Origin: the human T2T-CHM13v2.0 reference genome, Homo sapiens | DNA: 64,000 bases | Assembly (NCBI RefSeq): GCF_009914755.1 | Contig: NC_060933.1 | Strand: one strand, 5' to 3' | Shown: positions 16,387 through 31,858 of the stretch, piece by piece | How the letters are laid out: each line of letters begins with the position of its first letter | How positions within the stretch are numbered: the stretch's first letter is position 1 | Notes under the pieces: model-generated | What the model saw: the letters and a program-made list of their open reading frames with translations, nothing else | Databases searched by the model: none | What the model was told of the DNA's origin: nothing | Program-made: the position numbers and the translations under genes

Positions 16387-16862
16387 TGGTAAATAAAATT
16401 TATGTGAGCCCATTGATTTGGACCGAGTTTCTACACTAGACTCTAATAGACCAAACCAAAATGGAGTCACTCATGCTACATGCCACATAATTAAGCTAAA
16501 ACTTAAAACACAAACCAACAGGAAATCCCCAAATGGGCCAGTTTTCTAGGAAAAAGCAAAACAAAACAGGAGATTTGCAGCAACCAGTTGGAAGGGGCCC
16601 AGTCAACCTGGCCAGCATAAGGAACTCACATCTGCTTAAACTCATACAAGGAAAGTGACCAGAGGATAACCAGTCTGCTCTTTGTACTGGGCTGTTTCCC
16701 TGTTCCTGCTGCAGCTGCCTTATAAAAAGCCAATTGTCCTGCCACACACAGTGGAGCTCCATTCTATTTTGTAGAGCGAATATTATGTTGCCTAGTTCAT
16801 GAATCGTGAATAAAAGCCAATTAAATATTTAAAACTATTTTTGTAAATTTTATTATTTAATA
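16387..16862 (+). mobile_element. Solo ERV1 LTR, MER31-like
   Basis: TG(G)TAAATAAAATTTATG start, CCAAAATGGAGTCACTCATGCTA motif, TATA-like TATAAAAA and AATAAA near the 3' end. Confidence 0.72.
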
Positions 16863-17413
16863 GGTCTTTATTGTTCAGAAACTATATGTGTAGTCCTTAA
16901 CAGCACAAACTCTGGAGCTGAACTGTGGGAATTCAAATTCCAGTTCTAGTGCTTAATAACTGTGTAACTTTAGGCAAATTATTTGACTTTTCTTTGTCTT
17001 AGTTTCCTCATCTATAAACAGGAATAATATACAGAACTGAATACATGCTTACTATATAATCAGCAGTTGTGCTACTTGGTATTTACTCAGATGAGCAGAA
17101 AACTTAGGTCTACACAGAAATCTGCACATGAATGTGTATAGCGGTTTTGTTCATCATTGCTTAAACTTGGAAGCAACCAAGATGTGCTTCAATAGGTGAG
17201 TGGATAAATAAACTGTGATGTATCCAGACTATGGAATATTATTCACTGCTAAAAAGAAACAAGCTATTAAGCTATGAAAAGATATGGAGGAACCTTAAAT
17301 GAACATTGTCCAGTGAAAGAAATCAATCTGAGAAGGCTACCTACTGTATGATTCCAACCCTGTGACATTCTGGAAAAGACAAAACCATGGAGACAGTAAA
17401 AAGATCAGTGGTT

Positions 17414-17494
17414 CCAACATGGCACATGTATACCTATCTATCAAACCTGCACATTGTGCACATGAACCCTAGAACTTAAAGTATATAAAAAAAC
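17414..17494 (+). mobile_element. About 80-bp terminal L1PA fragment with TSD
   Basis: CATGGCACATGTATACC...CCCTAGAACTTAAAGTAT plus A-tail, flanked by AAAA(G)ATCAGTGGTT on both sides. Confidence 0.85.
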
Positions 17495-17613
17495 AAAAAA
17501 TCAGTGGTTCCCAGGGTTTCAAGGAGAGGGAGAGATTAATAGTTGGAGCACAGAAGATTTTTAGAGCAGTGAAATCACTCTGCATGATACTATAGTAAGT
17601 ATCATTATACCTT

Positions 17614-17678
17614 TTCTAAACCCACAGAATGCACAACACAGAGTGCATTCTAAACCCACAGAATGCACAACACAGAGT
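17614..17678. repeat. 31-bp direct duplication with 3-nt spacer
   Basis: TTCTAAACCCACAGAATGCACAACACAGAGT at 17614-17644 and 17648-17678. Confidence 0.9.
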
Positions 17679-18826
17679 TAACATAATGTTAACTATGGAC
17701 TTTGGGTGATAATTATGTGTCAGCGTAAGTTGATTATAACAAACTTACCACTCTGTTGGGGAGTCTGTTAGGGGATGGGTATATGGGAAGCCTCTATACC
17801 TTCTGCTCAATTTTGTTATAAACCCAAAACTGCTCTAAAAAACAAAGTCTATTTTAAAAACAAATGGGAATACTAGTGGTACTCAGTAATGTGTGTTGAG
17901 GATTAGATGAGCTAAGATTATATAAAGCACTTGGAACAGTACCTGGCATGGTGTAAGCTTATGTGATTTAGTTATTATTATTATATTATTAATGAGCATA
18001 AAAATATTTATGTGGCTTTTATAGGTTCACTCATGTAGTTGGGCTTCCACTCCTATTTTTTGCTACGTAAGCTTAAGTTTTTCAACCTCAAATTCTTCTG
18101 CTACGATTGCTGTCTAGAATCTAATCACATTGACAATATTTATTTAAGTGTGAGCAGAGGGCCTCTTACGTCAGAATGACCTAGAGTGTGAATTGATAAT
18201 ACAGATTATTGCACTCCAGATTTTCATTTCCACAAGCACCCTGCGTAATCCTGGTGCATTCCAGAGTTAGAGAGCTAGTGCTGTGAGAGTCTGGGAAGGA
18301 TTATACCACTTCTGACCTCCCAGGCACTGCTTAATGTAGTTCCCCACAAATTTGTCCAGAAAATACACATGTAGATTTTGGCAGAACACCATGTGTCTGA
18401 GAAATAGAAAGGAAAGTAGTGACCTAAGAATTCTTCAGTCCATCTCAGAACCTAGTCTCTTGTGTGAAATGACTTTTATGAAGTAGGACATTCTTTGTGT
18501 TCTACTGTTCTTAACAGTATGAGTAATAGTCCATTCCTGCACTTACGTTTTAAGTATTCAGTACTAATTAGTGAGTGTGTGGCTAATTATAAACAGTTGA
18601 GTCATTTGAGTGCTTTTAGGGATAAAAGGAAACTGTAGGACTGAGTGAGAAAAATATCTGTCATTGACAACAGGAAATAGAAATAAATAATATGCGATTT
18701 TGCAGTGAAATGACAGGGTTATTATTCAAACCCTTCTCTCCTGATTCTACAGCCAGGCATATGATATAAGTTCAGTTGTGAATGAAAATAATGTTTTTTA
18801 AGTCAAAGGAGCTTAGCCATTACTAA

Positions 18827-19131
<305 letters not shown>

Positions 19132-19599
19132 TAACAGGAGTGTTGGAGAGGTATGAATAGAATCCTTTACAAATTCTTATAAAGATGGGAAATGAAGTGA
19201 GTACAGACTAAGAAGGGAAAAAGCAAAAAGATATTGCGGATACTGGTTTGCAAAGTAAGATAACAAATATTTATTGAATACTTAAAAGCCAGGTGTTGTG
19301 GTAGGAACACACACACACACCCCTTTCTTCATCCTCACAACAACCAAAAAGAGTAAATATTATAGTCCTCATTTTATAGAAGAAATTGAAGCTCAGAATT
19401 GTTCATATAGCTGACAGTGAACAGAGTCAAGACTCAAACACAGAATTTCTGATTCTAAAATATAGTTTAACATATTTGAAATATAATTTTTGATCAGCAG
19501 TTATATACAGTTGGACTATAAATGAATGTTTTTATGCAAAGGTAATGCATATTAGGCACTATTTCACAGTTCCCCTGGGTTTGAGTTATTTGAAGATGG

Positions 19600-20070
19600 C
19601 CAGAAGGGATTTTCACTTCCAACCAAGATGAAATAAGAGAAATTAGATATTTATTAATACCCTTCTGCCTAAAACAACTAGAAAACTGGACAACATATAT
19701 AATAAAATATCTTTTGGATTTTGGAAAGAAAGCAGCTGAGGACCTAGATCTCTGAGAGAAGAGAAACAAACACAGTGAGTTTACCTTTGCACCAGCTGTC
19801 TCCCTGGGGGCAGTTTCCAGGCTTCAGTGCAGGGAGGGGGACTAAGACAGAGCTTTCCCAGAGGTGTGCAGAGAGCAGAGTTCAGTGTGGCCAAGGTGGC
19901 TAGAATTTGCAGAGTCAGGTCCTGGAGATGTGAGAGCAGCACAGGAAGGTGCAGAGGGCCCTCAAGGCTTTGCTGGCCCAAGGTGTTTGGTTGAGTACCG
20001 ATCTGCACAAACTTCTCTTTGGAGTAGGAATCCAAAGATCTCAGAAGAAAAATATCTTCAAAAAGCAAGT
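19600..20070 (+). mobile_element. Probable old L1M 5'-end remnant
   Basis: ACTTCCAACCAAGATG..AACAACTAGAAAACTGGAC motif, typical of old L1 5' ends. Recognised by eye. Confidence 0.4.
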
Positions 20071-20129
20071 AGGTAGTATGATTATGATAGTATGATTAAG
20101 AAGCTGTGTTGAAGATATATATTACTTTA

Positions 20130-20452
<323 letters not shown>

Positions 20453-20475
20453 AAAAAGCTATTAAAAACCCCGGA

Positions 20476-20778
<303 letters not shown>

Positions 20779-22224
20779 TTACAACAAAACAAAATATGCC
20801 TTTATTTTAAGCAACTGTTGGAGTGAAAGAAAAGATAATCCATTTGACACTTATCCTTGCGATATCTTACTTAAAGCGTCACATAGTTTGGTGATACAAG
20901 ATGGTAAAAAAAAAGTATGTGTTCACAGATTATATGTGTATATGTATTATATATGATAGTGATAACAATTGTATTTTGTCTCACATTTAGAATAAGCCTA
21001 CAGACAAAGCTTGAGGAAATTATAGATTAACTGAAATTTAAAAGTTAAAAATCTTCATATAAAAATGGTATGGTTGGCAGAACTTGAAAGTGGAGGGGAA
21101 AATAAAGTGGACAGTAGTGTAAGTTAACTAATTTACATAGAGGGAATCAAGATACTGTTTAAAATTGATAGAACAAGAGATTGGTTAGAGGATATTCACC
21201 TTTAAAATTTACAAAGATAATCAGAATTTAAAATTACAGAGATAATCAGAAGACAAATATTTTGATGTATTAAATAGGGGAAGGTTGGCATGATGGAAAG
21301 TATGGTAAATGAGGCAGTTTCCTCATCTTTAAATCAGGAATTCAGTAGTATGGTTTAAAGACGGTAGCATAAGAACTGGAGGTCTAAGTATAGTGATTAT
21401 TACCCCCAGCCCCAGAATAACTAAAGTGAGAGTTTAAATGGTCTACTTCTGTGGGATAAAACTTGGCTTGGGGGGATAGAAGGTGGAGACTTTTATTTTT
21501 CATTCTATACCATTTATTCACTTTAAACTTTCATATATGTTTAATTATCCCTAATGAATATCTTTTTTAGCATCAAAATATATGGACCAGCTTTATTCTT
21601 TGACTGTTGTTGTATCCTGATGTGTCTTGAGATTGCTGAAAATGCTAATGTGATAATAAGCCACATAAACTTTTCAGATAAGGAAGGTGGCTGGTTTTGT
21701 TTTGATTTTTGATGATTGTTCCACATCTGGGGACTAGACTTCAGTTCTGGGCACTAGAATATTAATAACTATAGAGTATATATATAGAAAAGAGCATCCA
21801 AGCTGATGAGGAGATCTAGAAACATTACTTATGACAAAAGGTAAAGGGAACTGCTGATGTATCATCTGGGAAGCTATATATCAGAAGTGAGGGGAGCATG
21901 ATCACTAGCTTTAGATATATGGAAGAAAGGGTGTATTGTTCTGTGTGAGCAGAAATAGGACCAGTGGGTAGAAATTACAGAGTGGTAATATTATAAAAAG
22001 CTTTCTGGCTACCAGAGCTGTGTAATGATGTCACTGTTACTGTTTAGACAAAGATATTGTGGAGAGTGTGCTCACATTTGGTTAGGATTCTCCGAGAGGA
22101 ACTTCTGAGGTTCCTTACAACTTAAAGTTTCTGAAGGATTAGTTAGAAATAAGTCTTTAAAGTAGTCCATAATTGTAACCCAGAAGAGGACAATTAACTC
22201 AACATATACTTTTTAAATAGTCAT

Positions 22225-24557
22225 TGTGTTAGTCTGTTCTCCCGTTGCTATAAAGGAATACCAGAGACTGAGTAATTTATAAAGAAAAGAGGTTTAATTG
22301 GCTCACAGTTCTGCAGGTGTACAGGAAGCATGGCAGCATCGGCTTCTGGGGAAGCCTCAGGGAGCTTTTACTCATAGCAGAAGGCAAAGCAAGAGCAGGC
22401 ATCTTACATGACAGAAGCAGGAGGAAGGCAGGGGGAGGTGCTACACACTTTTAAACAGCTGAATCCCATGAGAACTCACTCACTATACACTACCAAAGGG
22501 GGATCATGCTAAACCATTCATGAGAACTCTGCCCCCACCCATGATCCAGTTACCTCCCACCAAGCCCCACCTTCAACATTGGGGATTACAATTCCACATG
22601 AGAGTTCGGTGGGGATGCAGATCCAAACCATACAATTCCACTTCTGGCCCCTCCAAATCTCATGTCCTTCTCACGTTGCAAAATACACTTATGCCTTTCC
22701 AACAGTACCCCCAAAGTCTTTACTCATTCCAGCACTAACTCAAAAGTCCAAAGTCTTATCAGAGACAAGGCTAGTACCTTCCACCTGTGAGCCTGTAAAA
22801 TCAAAACCAGATTAGTTACTTCTAAGATACAATGGGGATATAGGCATGGGGTAAATACTCCCATTCCGAAAAGGAGAAATCAGCCAAAAGAAAGGGGCTA
22901 CAAGCTCCATGCAAGTCTGAGACCCAGCAGGGCACTCATTCAACCTTAAAGCTCCAAAATACTCCATGGGAACACTGATGCAAAGGGTGGGCTCCCAAGG
23001 CCTTGGGCAGCTCGGCTCCTGTAGCTTTGCAGGGTTCATCTCTTAAGGCTGCTCTCATGGGCTGGCATTGAGTGCCTATGGCTTTTCCAGACACAGGGTG
23101 CAAGCTGCTGGAGACTTTGTCATTCCAGGGTCTGGAGGACAGTGGCCTTCTTCTCACAGCTGCACTAGGCAGTGCCCCAGTGGGGACTCTGTGTAGGGGG
23201 TCCAACCCCACATTTCCCCTCTGTGCTGCCCTGGTAGCAGTTCTCCATGAGGGCTCTGCCCCTGCAGCAGGCTTCGGCCTGGACATTCAGGTTTTTCCAT
23301 ATATCCTCTGAAATCTAGGTGGAGGTTCCCAAGCTTCAGCTCTTGCATTCTGTGCACCTGCAGGCTTAACACCACATGGGAGACACCAAGGCTTACGGCC
23401 TGCACCTTCTTAAGCAGTGTCCTCAACTGTACTTGGGCCCATTTTAGCTACAGCTGGAGCTGCTGGGGTGCAGGGAGCAGTGTCCTGGGGCTGCACAGGG
23501 CAGCAGGGCCCTGGGCATAGCCCACAGAACCATCCTTTCCTCCTAGGCCTCTGAGCCTGTGTTGGGAGGGGCTACCTGGAAGGTCTCTGAAATGCCTTCA
23601 AGGCGTTTTTCCCATTGTCTTGGCTATCAGCACTTGCCTTCCTTTTCGTTGTGCAAATTTCTGCAGCCTGCTTGAATTGCTCTCCTGTAAATGGACTTTT
23701 CTTTTCTACCACATGGCCAGGCTGCAAATTTTCCAAACTTCTATGCTCTGCTTCCCTTTTAAATATAAGTTTTAGTTTCAGGTCATGTCTTTGCTCATGC
23801 ATATGAGCATAGGCTTTTAGAAGCAGCCGGGTGACTTCTTGAATGTTTTGCTGCTTAGAAATTTCTTCCACTAGATACCCTAAATTCTCTCTCAAGTTCA
23901 AAGTTCCACAGATACCTAGGGCAGGGGCACAATCCAGCCAAGCTCTTTGCCAAGGTTTAACAAAAGTGACTGTTGCTCCAGTTCCCAGTAAATTCCCCAT
24001 TTCCATCTGAGACCTCCTCAGCCTGGCCTTCACTTTCCATATCACTATCAGCATTTTAGTTACAACCATTCAACAAGTCTCTAGGAAGTTCCAAATTTTC
24101 CCTCATCTTCCAGTCTTCTGACCCCTTCCCACTCTTCCAACCTCTGCCCATTACCCAGTTCCAAAGCTGCCTCCACATTTTCAAGTATCTTTATTAGTCC
24201 ATTCTCGCATTGCTATAAAGAAATACATGAAACTGGGTAATTTCTAAAGAAAAGAGGTCTGATTGCCTCATGGTTCTGCAGGCTGTGCAGGAAGCATGGC
24301 AGCATCTGCTTTTGGGGAGGCCTCATGGTGGAAGGCAAAGTGGGAGCAGGAGCAGGAGGAAGGGCGGGGAGGTGCTACACACTTTTAAACAACCAGATAT
24401 CATGAGAACTCTACCACAACATCAAGGAGATGATGCAAAACCATTCATGAAGGATCCATCCTTATGATCCAGTCATCTCCCACAGGCCCCACCTCCAACA
24501 CTGGGGAACACAATTTGACATGAGATTTGGGTGGGGACACAGATCCAAACCATATTA
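22225..24557 (-). mobile_element. Complete MaLR provirus, MSTA-type (LTR about 22225-22632, internal about 22633-24190, LTR about 24191-24557)
   Basis: Two homologous LTRs (TTAGTC..GCTATAAAG..CCAAACCATA) flank an MST/THE1-type internal region. 5-bp TSD GTCAT/GACAT. Confidence 0.88.
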
Positions 24558-26204
24558 GACATGTTTTCGGTAGGCTTTAGGATACAGAGATAAATAAGAC
24601 GTGAATAGACTCAAGGAACTCAGTCTAATATGGTCCATTTCAGTTTGACAGTTGTGTCACGAGGGTACCTATATACTGGCTTTTCCATTCTCTAGAGACA
24701 TAAAGGTGAACCAGTCATAACTCATCCTCATGACCCCATGGTCTACAGGGGAGACTGTCAGGTATACATGTTTCATTACATTATAGCTGAAGAGCAAAGA
24801 GTGAGGGCAGGGAAAGCTTCACAAAAAAAGTGATGACTGGTCCAAGTTTGTCACCAGCATGCTCTGTCACTCTCCATGCTGTATCATGTGGGACAAGGCA
24901 GGACCTTCTCTGGGACATGGTTCATAACTTCTTATATACAAAATAGCCAGGGCTAGCGTCCCAGCTGCTCCAAAATTCCATGATTCTAATATGGTGATAA
25001 TTGTTTTTCTCATCAAAATGTTTTAAGAAAATAGTCCAAATTTTAAAATATGGTAAAAAATGTTTTATCTAAGTCTAATCTTAATGGATATCCTTTCAAA
25101 TTAAGTTTTTGCTAATGAATTTCCTGGAACAACTTGTTCCATTAGTCCCTTTACTTAATGTCTTTATGTAACGTTCATTTGAAATACTATGCACATTATA
25201 AAATTTTGCATTAATTAGTATGATACCTGGTGTGTGACATTATTAATATTTCAGGAAGCATTCTTTTTAATTTCACTTTAGATCACCCCTGTGATTTTAA
25301 TTCCTGTATTTCTTTTGAAGGGAAACAGCTTTATCAAATAGGATTTTAGATTTTAAATTTTGTACTTTTTTGAGCGTATAAAGATTGCTTTTAGAAGTAA
25401 AATTTTAGTGAACTTGAAATTCTCAAAGAATCACTGAGATTTGAGAAGTGACTTTTTTCTCAGAGGAATGATCCAGTGCACCAAAGAAAAATATTAATTA
25501 GGGCTGGATTTAATTACCATTGTAGATTTATTGGTACAAGAATTTCAACAAGTTTTTATTGCCTTTAAATAAAATTCATAGCCATTTAATAAGCTAATAA
25601 AAGTATAATATTTGACCTCCCAATAATAGATGTTCAAACCGTAAACATGGTTTTGCCAAGAAAATTATTAAAATCATTATTTAGAAAAAACGTTTGAATC
25701 GTGTTATTTTATCTTGTATCACAGTCAACTCCATAAACTTTTCTGGGTTATGTGCTTGCATTTTATGGAAATAGTTTTGTCATTTATAAAATTCCACAAC
25801 TGAGTTTTGTTTTCATCAATATTTACATTGAGGTACACTTAGGAACTACAAAGTTGAATTACACAGTTGTTTATCTGGAAGCTCAAAAATGTTGAGATCA
25901 TCTTTATTAGAATTTCTTTCATCCACAGCTGTGTACTAATTGAAAAAACTGAACTGGAAGCTGAAAGATGGGATTAACTACCACCCTACTACTTAGTGTG
26001 TGTTAATCCTACTGACATGACTTCTACCCCTTTAAAATAGGGGATGATAGCTACTTCGTAGAGTTCTTTTTAGAAAAAAGTGACTTAATACTGGTGTCTG
26101 GCACATAGAAATAACTTAATAAGTATAATTTTTGGTTTTTTGACATCTAAGAAGATTTAATTAACTTTTCTCAATGGAAACTGTATCATTTGAGCAATAC
26201 AATA

Positions 26205-26398
26205 ATCTGTTAGCCATGAAATTTAGCATGTGTAATTAATGTAAAAATTATTGAGGTATTTTACATTGTATTTTTTGTGTTAAATTTTCAGCATCTTGTG
26301 TGTATTTTACACTTAACAGCACATCTCAACCTGACTAGCCATATTTCAAGTATCTGCCACTTGGCCAGTGACTGCAGCATTGGATAACAAAGGTCTAG
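26205..26398. mobile_element. MER3/MER33-like hAT-Charlie element
   Basis: TATTTTACACTTAACAGCACATCTCAA..CTAGCCATATTTCAAG motif. Confidence 0.6.
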
Positions 26399-26474
26399 CC
26401 ATATTTTGGGTGATTAATAAATGACTGTCCCAAGGCAAACTTTCAAAAAATAATTTTTTTTCCAACAGACTACC

Positions 26475-26556
26475 ATGGCTGCAGGAGTCTTGCCTCAGAA
26501 TGAACAACCATATTCTACCTTGGTGAATAACAGCGAGTGTGTTGCAAACATGAAAG
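26475..26556 (+). CDS. PTPDC1: PTPDC1 first coding exon of the distal-promoter isoform (MAAGVLPQNEQPYSTLVNNSECVANMK-G); exon starts at 26469
   Basis: Acceptor TTTTTCCAACAG|, Kozak ACCATGG, donor AAG|GTAATG. Phase 1 matches the exon at 46983. Recognised PTPDC1 N-terminus. Confidence 0.92.
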
Positions 26557-27587
26557 GTAATGTCTCTTTAATACACTTTTTGTCTCTCTGTGCAAGCTGG
26601 CATTTAATAAAAGTAGCTATATGAATGGACACAAAAGAAAAGGCTCTCTTCTTCATATTGGAATCCCAGGTTGCAAGTATTACTTACTGCCTTACCATCT
26701 TGGCCTGTTAGAATTCCTTTTCAAAATCCTGAATAATGGCCTTGGCCTTTTAAGAAGGAGTATTGCAAACAGTGTTTGTCTCCTGCATAATTATCATCAG
26801 CTGAGATTATGCATTTGTTCCTATCATCAAAGGCCTACTTATGAATCAAACTTTAATTTTGTTCTCCTTTCATTAGTTGTAAGTGCCACTTAGCACATCC
26901 AGAAGCACTCCAGCCCTACTTCTCCCAGTGTCTTTTCTCCCATGCCATTTTGCTTTTTATATGACACCCCAGGCAAGGACAAGTGTCGTGACTTGAACTC
27001 TTACTACCACATTTGCCCTTTACTCGTCCTGACCATCACAAGCTCTGAGCTGGGAGCCTCCCTGCTTCTGCTTTAGATATTGCTGGTCTTGCTACCACCA
27101 CCGGCAGTTAGCCAAGGGAGATGTTAAGTAATTTCTCTTGGCAGTACCACTTGCAGTATTTTCTAACTGCCCCCTTGGGGCTTTGCCCACCTTCACTTTA
27201 GTCCTACTGTATGGAGAACTTTGAAGGATTTCTCCCCTAAGTATGGATTAGATGATAGGAAGAAGAGTAAAGGAGTAAGGGTCTAACTAAAGGTATTGAG
27301 TTCAACACTTGCTAGGAACAAGTCAGTTCTGTTGTGTTCTTGCTGGAATCTGACCACTCCACCAGGGGGCGTTCTCTCTCATCAAGAAAACCATTGTTTC
27401 CCACTTCTCATCTTGTCTAAACTCCGTATGCTTGTAGATACTCCTTCATCTGTCTTTGCTGTGTTTGGCCCTAGAGGCACTAATACTACTGGTAACTACC
27501 ATTTGTGGACAGCTTCTAGGTGCCAGACTTAATGTGTTAGTTTCCCTGGTCTTAGAAAGAAGTACTGTCTAAAACAAACACAAGAAT

Positions 27588-27641
27588 GATGTCTAGTGGC
27601 TGCTTCCCTTCTAGATGTCTAGTGGCTGCTTCCCTTCTAGA
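27588..27641. repeat. 26-bp tandem duplication
   Basis: GATGTCTAGTGGCTGCTTCCCTTCTA occurs twice in tandem. Confidence 0.9.
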
Positions 27642-27739
27642 ATAATGTTTCTTTCCCCCTGAGTAACTCTTCAGCCAACAAGTCTGAGTCAGACAAACCT
27701 TTTTCCCTTTTCTTTCTTCTGTTGTAAATGTTACCTCTT

Positions 27740-27950
27740 AGTTGGTGTTTCTCAATGGCAATTCTGTTGGCTTTGCGGGTGGGACAACTCTTTGTTGTGC
27801 TGGAGAGCTCTGAGCACCTAAGACATATAGCATCTCTGACCCCTACCACTAAATCCAGTAGCATCCCCAGGTTCCAGTGACAATGAAAAAACCCGGCATA
27901 TTTCCAAATACCCCCAGGAAGGTTGTACCACCTGTATTGTGATCCACTAG
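27740..27950. mobile_element. MER20/MER5-like hAT element
   Basis: GTTTCTCAA...TAGCATCTCTGACCCCTACCACTA..CCAGTAGCATCCCC..GACAATGAAAAA motif. Confidence 0.55.
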
Positions 27951-28294
27951 GTATGCTGATTTTTACCTTTCCAAAAAACATTTTTTAATTAAAATTTTCC
28001 TCTTAGTATAAATGCAGCTAATTTTTAATTAGGAAAAAATCTAGACAAATAACATCTGCTTTATAGCTAATTTTATTAAAGCATATCTCATCTATAAAGA
28101 TAGTTATACTTTATTATGTTTGTGGATGGGAAGTATTTTTTTAAATGTTATATAATGATTCATGGGAAAATTTAATTGGGGGGATACATAAAGTATTTAT
28201 TTTTAAAGGAAAACAGAAAACTTATCAAGAAGTAGCTGTGGAGTGAGACAGAACTAGAGTTAAATCTTGATTCTACTACTTAAAAAAAATTTAC

Positions 28295-28592
28295 TTTTTT
28301 TTTATTTTTTGAGATGGCGTCTCACTCTGTTGCCTAGGCTGGAGGGCAGTGATGCAATCTTGGCTCACTGCAGCCTCCGCCTCTCAGGTTCAAGAGATTC
28401 TCCTGTCTCAGCCTCCTGAGTAGCTGGGACCACAGGTGCATGCCACCACGCCCGGCTCATTTTTGTGTTTTTAGTAGAGATGGGGTTTCACCATGTTGGC
28501 CAGGCTGGTTTTGAACTCCTGACCTCAAATGACCCGCCTGCCTCAGCCTCCCAAACTGCTGCGATTACAGAAGTGAGCCACCATGCCCGGCC
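28295..28592 (-). mobile_element. AluS
   Basis: Reverse Alu dimer with T tail. Confidence 0.9.
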
Positions 28593-28841
28593 ATAAAAAA
28601 ATTAAAAAATAAAAAATAAAAAAACTTTTATTACAGAAAATTTCAAACACAAAAGTATACAGAATAAAATAAAGATCCCCATATTTGTATCATCCCCCAT
28701 ATATGCATCATCCCTCAAATATGTACCATAACCCAGCTTTAACAATCTCAGCCACTCACTTCTCTCACTCAGTTCCCTGCATCAGTATTACTTTGAAGCA
28801 AACTCAAGGCATCGCGTCATTTTGTTAAATAACCACATCAT

Positions 28842-29204
<363 letters not shown>

Positions 29205-29359
29205 TCATCAAATATCTAAACAGTGTTCAATTTTCTAATTGTCTTATAGATATACCATAGATATAATTATACATGTATATATTGTGTGTGTATAATTTGT
29301 TTGAATTGGGATCCAAAAAAAGTCAATACATTGTAATTGGTTGCTATTTAGCTTCAATC

Positions 29360-29635
29360 TCTTTTCTTTTTTGTCTCCCAGGCTGGAGTGCAGTGGCACC
29401 ATCTCAGCTCCCTGTAACCTCTGCCTCCCAAGTTCAAGCGATTCTCATGTTTCAGCCTCCCGAGTAGCTGGGATTACAGGCATGCGCCACCATGCCTGGC
29501 TAATTTTTGTTTTCTTAGTAGAGACAGGGTTTAGCCATATTGGCCAGGCTGGTCTCAAACTCCTGGCCTCAGGTGATCCACCTACCACAGCCTCTGAAAG
29601 TGTTAGGATTACAGGCGTGAGCTACCGTGCCCGGC
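29360..29635 (-). mobile_element. AluS
   Basis: Reverse Alu flanked by TTCAATCTCTTTT repeats. Confidence 0.88.
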
Positions 29636-30459
29636 TTTCAATCTCTTTTAAACTTGGGCTTCCCTCTGTCTCTTTTTCCTTACAGTTTATTTGTTGGAGA
29701 AAACAGGTTTTTTTGCCTTGTGGAGTTTGCCACAACCTGTATTTTGCTGATAATATCGACATGATATTTTCTATAAATTGGTAGATAGATGTAGAGTCTA
29801 GTCAGATTTTTTTTAATTAACAAGACTGTTTCATGGGCAGTGCTATATTCCTCCCTCAGGATGCCCAGGCTGTATGATTGTCTTGCTTTTTGTGATGTTA
29901 ATTTTTTTATTTTGAAATAATTTCAAACTTACAGTAAAGGTACAAGAAAAGCACACAAAAGAACTCCTACATTCTGTTCACTCAGAGACCCCCATTCAAG
30001 TTTTGTCAGCAGTCCCAATAATATCCTTTAATAGGAAAATGATTCTGGTAATGTTTTTTAAATCCCTTTCAAAGGCCCTAGTCACTCTTTTCTTGACCTT
30101 TATGACCTTAACATTTTTTAAGATTATAGACAATTTTTTTTTTGTAACATGTTCCTCAGTTTGGGTTTGTCTGCTGTTTCCTCATGATAAGACTGAGATT
30201 ATGCATTTTTGGTAGAAGGGTCACAGATAACACAAGATGTCATTTTGCCCCGTCACTGGTTATGTTTAGTTTGATCACATCAGTAAAGTGGTGTCTGCCA
30301 AAGTTTATCCATTATAAATTATTCTTTCTCCCCTCATAGTTAATATTTTAAGGAGAGATGATTTCAGACTACGTAAATATCCTGTTCCACATCCAACTTT
30401 TACCTAGCAGTTTTAGCATCTATTGCTGTTTCTTGCCTGAATTAATTATTACTGTGATA

Positions 30460-30513
30460 GATAACTGGAGATTTTCTTCGCCTGCCCAACCCTCCGATAA
30501 CTGGAGATTTTCT
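30460..30513. repeat. 18-bp direct repeats flanking an 18-nt insert
   Basis: GATAACTGGAGATTTTCT - TCGCCTGCCCAACCCTCC - GATAACTGGAGATTTTCT. Confidence 0.9.
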
Positions 30514-30686
30514 AATTTCATTATTCCTTCTGTTTTTATTAGTTAGCATTCTAGTGTAAGGAAGAATTTCCCATTATTTGTTCGATTATTTATTTATTTA
30601 GCGTGGATTCCTATTTTGTTCAGTGGATTGTAATCCTTTACTATGATTTATTTGGATGCTTCAGTTTCCCCATATTTGGACAGTAA

Positions 30687-31858
<1,172 letters not shown>

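Larger units (their letters stand above)
17060..17862 (+). mobile_element. L1MC/L1MB-type 3' end inserted into a MIR
   Basis: AAACTTGGAAGCAACCAAGATGT...TGGAATATTATTCA...CTGCTCTAAAAA, with MIR halves on both sides. Confidence 0.7.

Noticed and set aside
22520-24467. Cluster of ORFs on both strands
   Set aside because: All lie within the degenerate MaLR element, with no recognisable intact retroviral protein.
27588-27641. Short direct repeats (also 17614, 30460, 35085) as a CRISPR-like array
   Set aside because: Only two copies each, in eukaryotic intronic DNA; these are local duplications.
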